Of a DNA stretch of 64,000 nt, positions 63,390 through 64,000 are shown piece after piece. The notes under the pieces are model-generated. The model was given only the letters and a program-made list of their open reading frames with translations, was not told the origin of the DNA and did not search any database. Position numbers and translations under genes: made by a program. This DNA is from Octopus vulgaris. Taxonomy: Eukaryota. Numbering within the stretch: position 1 is the stretch's first letter; each line of letters starts with the position of its first letter. The stretch covers positions 110,112,001 to 110,176,000 of the forward strand of contig OX597822.1 in NCBI GenBank assembly GCA_951406725.2, read 5' to 3'.

Positions 63390-63748
63390 GTTAACAGAAG
63401 TCACAAAAGTGACAGAGGGTACTGTCTAGCCCTAAAGGTACTTTTGCTAAAGATAAGAGTTTAAATAGCTCAAAAGCTACAAAAGTCTTAATGACTGACA
63501 AAGGAAGGTAAGTCCCCAGCGCACATAGCTGGTCCGCGATTTCTGATTTTAATGTAGGCAGCTAATGTGGATTAAGATGGTTTACATCCAAGTCCGAAAT
63601 CGCGATCCGGCTATGTATACTGAGGACGTACTTCTCTTCGTCAATCATTAAGACTGAGTTTGTGGCTTTTGAGCTATTTTAACCCTCATCTTTAGCAAAA
63701 GCGATGCTAGTCACTACCGTCTGTCATTTTATTGTGACCTCTATTAAT
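63390..63748. mobile_element. ~360-bp imperfect palindromic MITE / foldback
   Basis: Nested pairs TTAACAGAAGTCAC/GTGACCTCTATTAA, CTTTTGCTAAAGAT/ATCTTTAGCAAAAG, AAATAGCTCAAAAGC/GCTTTTGAGCTATTT, AGTCTTAATGA/TCATTAAGACT, CGCGATTTC/GAAATCGCG. Confidence 0.75.
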
Positions 63749-64000
63749 ACCTATGTATGTATCTTTCTCTCCCCCCTCTCTCTCTGTATATATATATATA
63801 AAATTAATTAAGGGTAGAAATCAATATTTATCAATTAAAACCAGTGGTCTAGCATATTAAAAAAGAATCCGAAGATTAAATATTTATATATACCAATTAA
63901 GGACTGAACACGAAAAAGTGGACAATCAACATGCTAGATATAGACGTCAAATCGCCATTCCCCACAAAAGATTATGTTCTCAAATCAAACTCAAGTTTGA

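Overview
AT-rich, microsatellite-dense metazoan genomic DNA. The SINE families, Helitron MITEs and (TA)n load resemble an octopus/cephalopod genome (inference). No host-gene exon can be supported and the window is essentially a stack of mobile elements. It contains: a near-intact CR1-like LINE (CCCH-finger ORF1, APE-RT ORF2, (TATCAAAG)n tail) nested inside a ~15 kb GG-terminated TIR element with an 8-bp TSD; two gag-like zinc-knuckle pseudogenes with no pol; a decayed Penelope RT; at least 9 Penelope-type minimal hammerhead ribozyme motifs from several families, including G3-C8 and A6U core variants; five minus-strand non-autonomous Helitrons; a full-length dead Tigger/pogo; mariner/Tc1 and R4/Dong RT relics; four tRNA-SINE families; and a 5S rRNA copy. 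Best leads: (i) an in-frame U_UUU_UUA heptamer plus hairpin joining ORF1 to an AUG-less ORF2 in the LINE, a candidate -1 ribosomal frameshift; (ii) a gag-only element with a 3' hammerhead; (iii) the variant hammerhead families; (iv) the giant Merlin-like element. All coordinates and pairings were read by eye and no searches were run.
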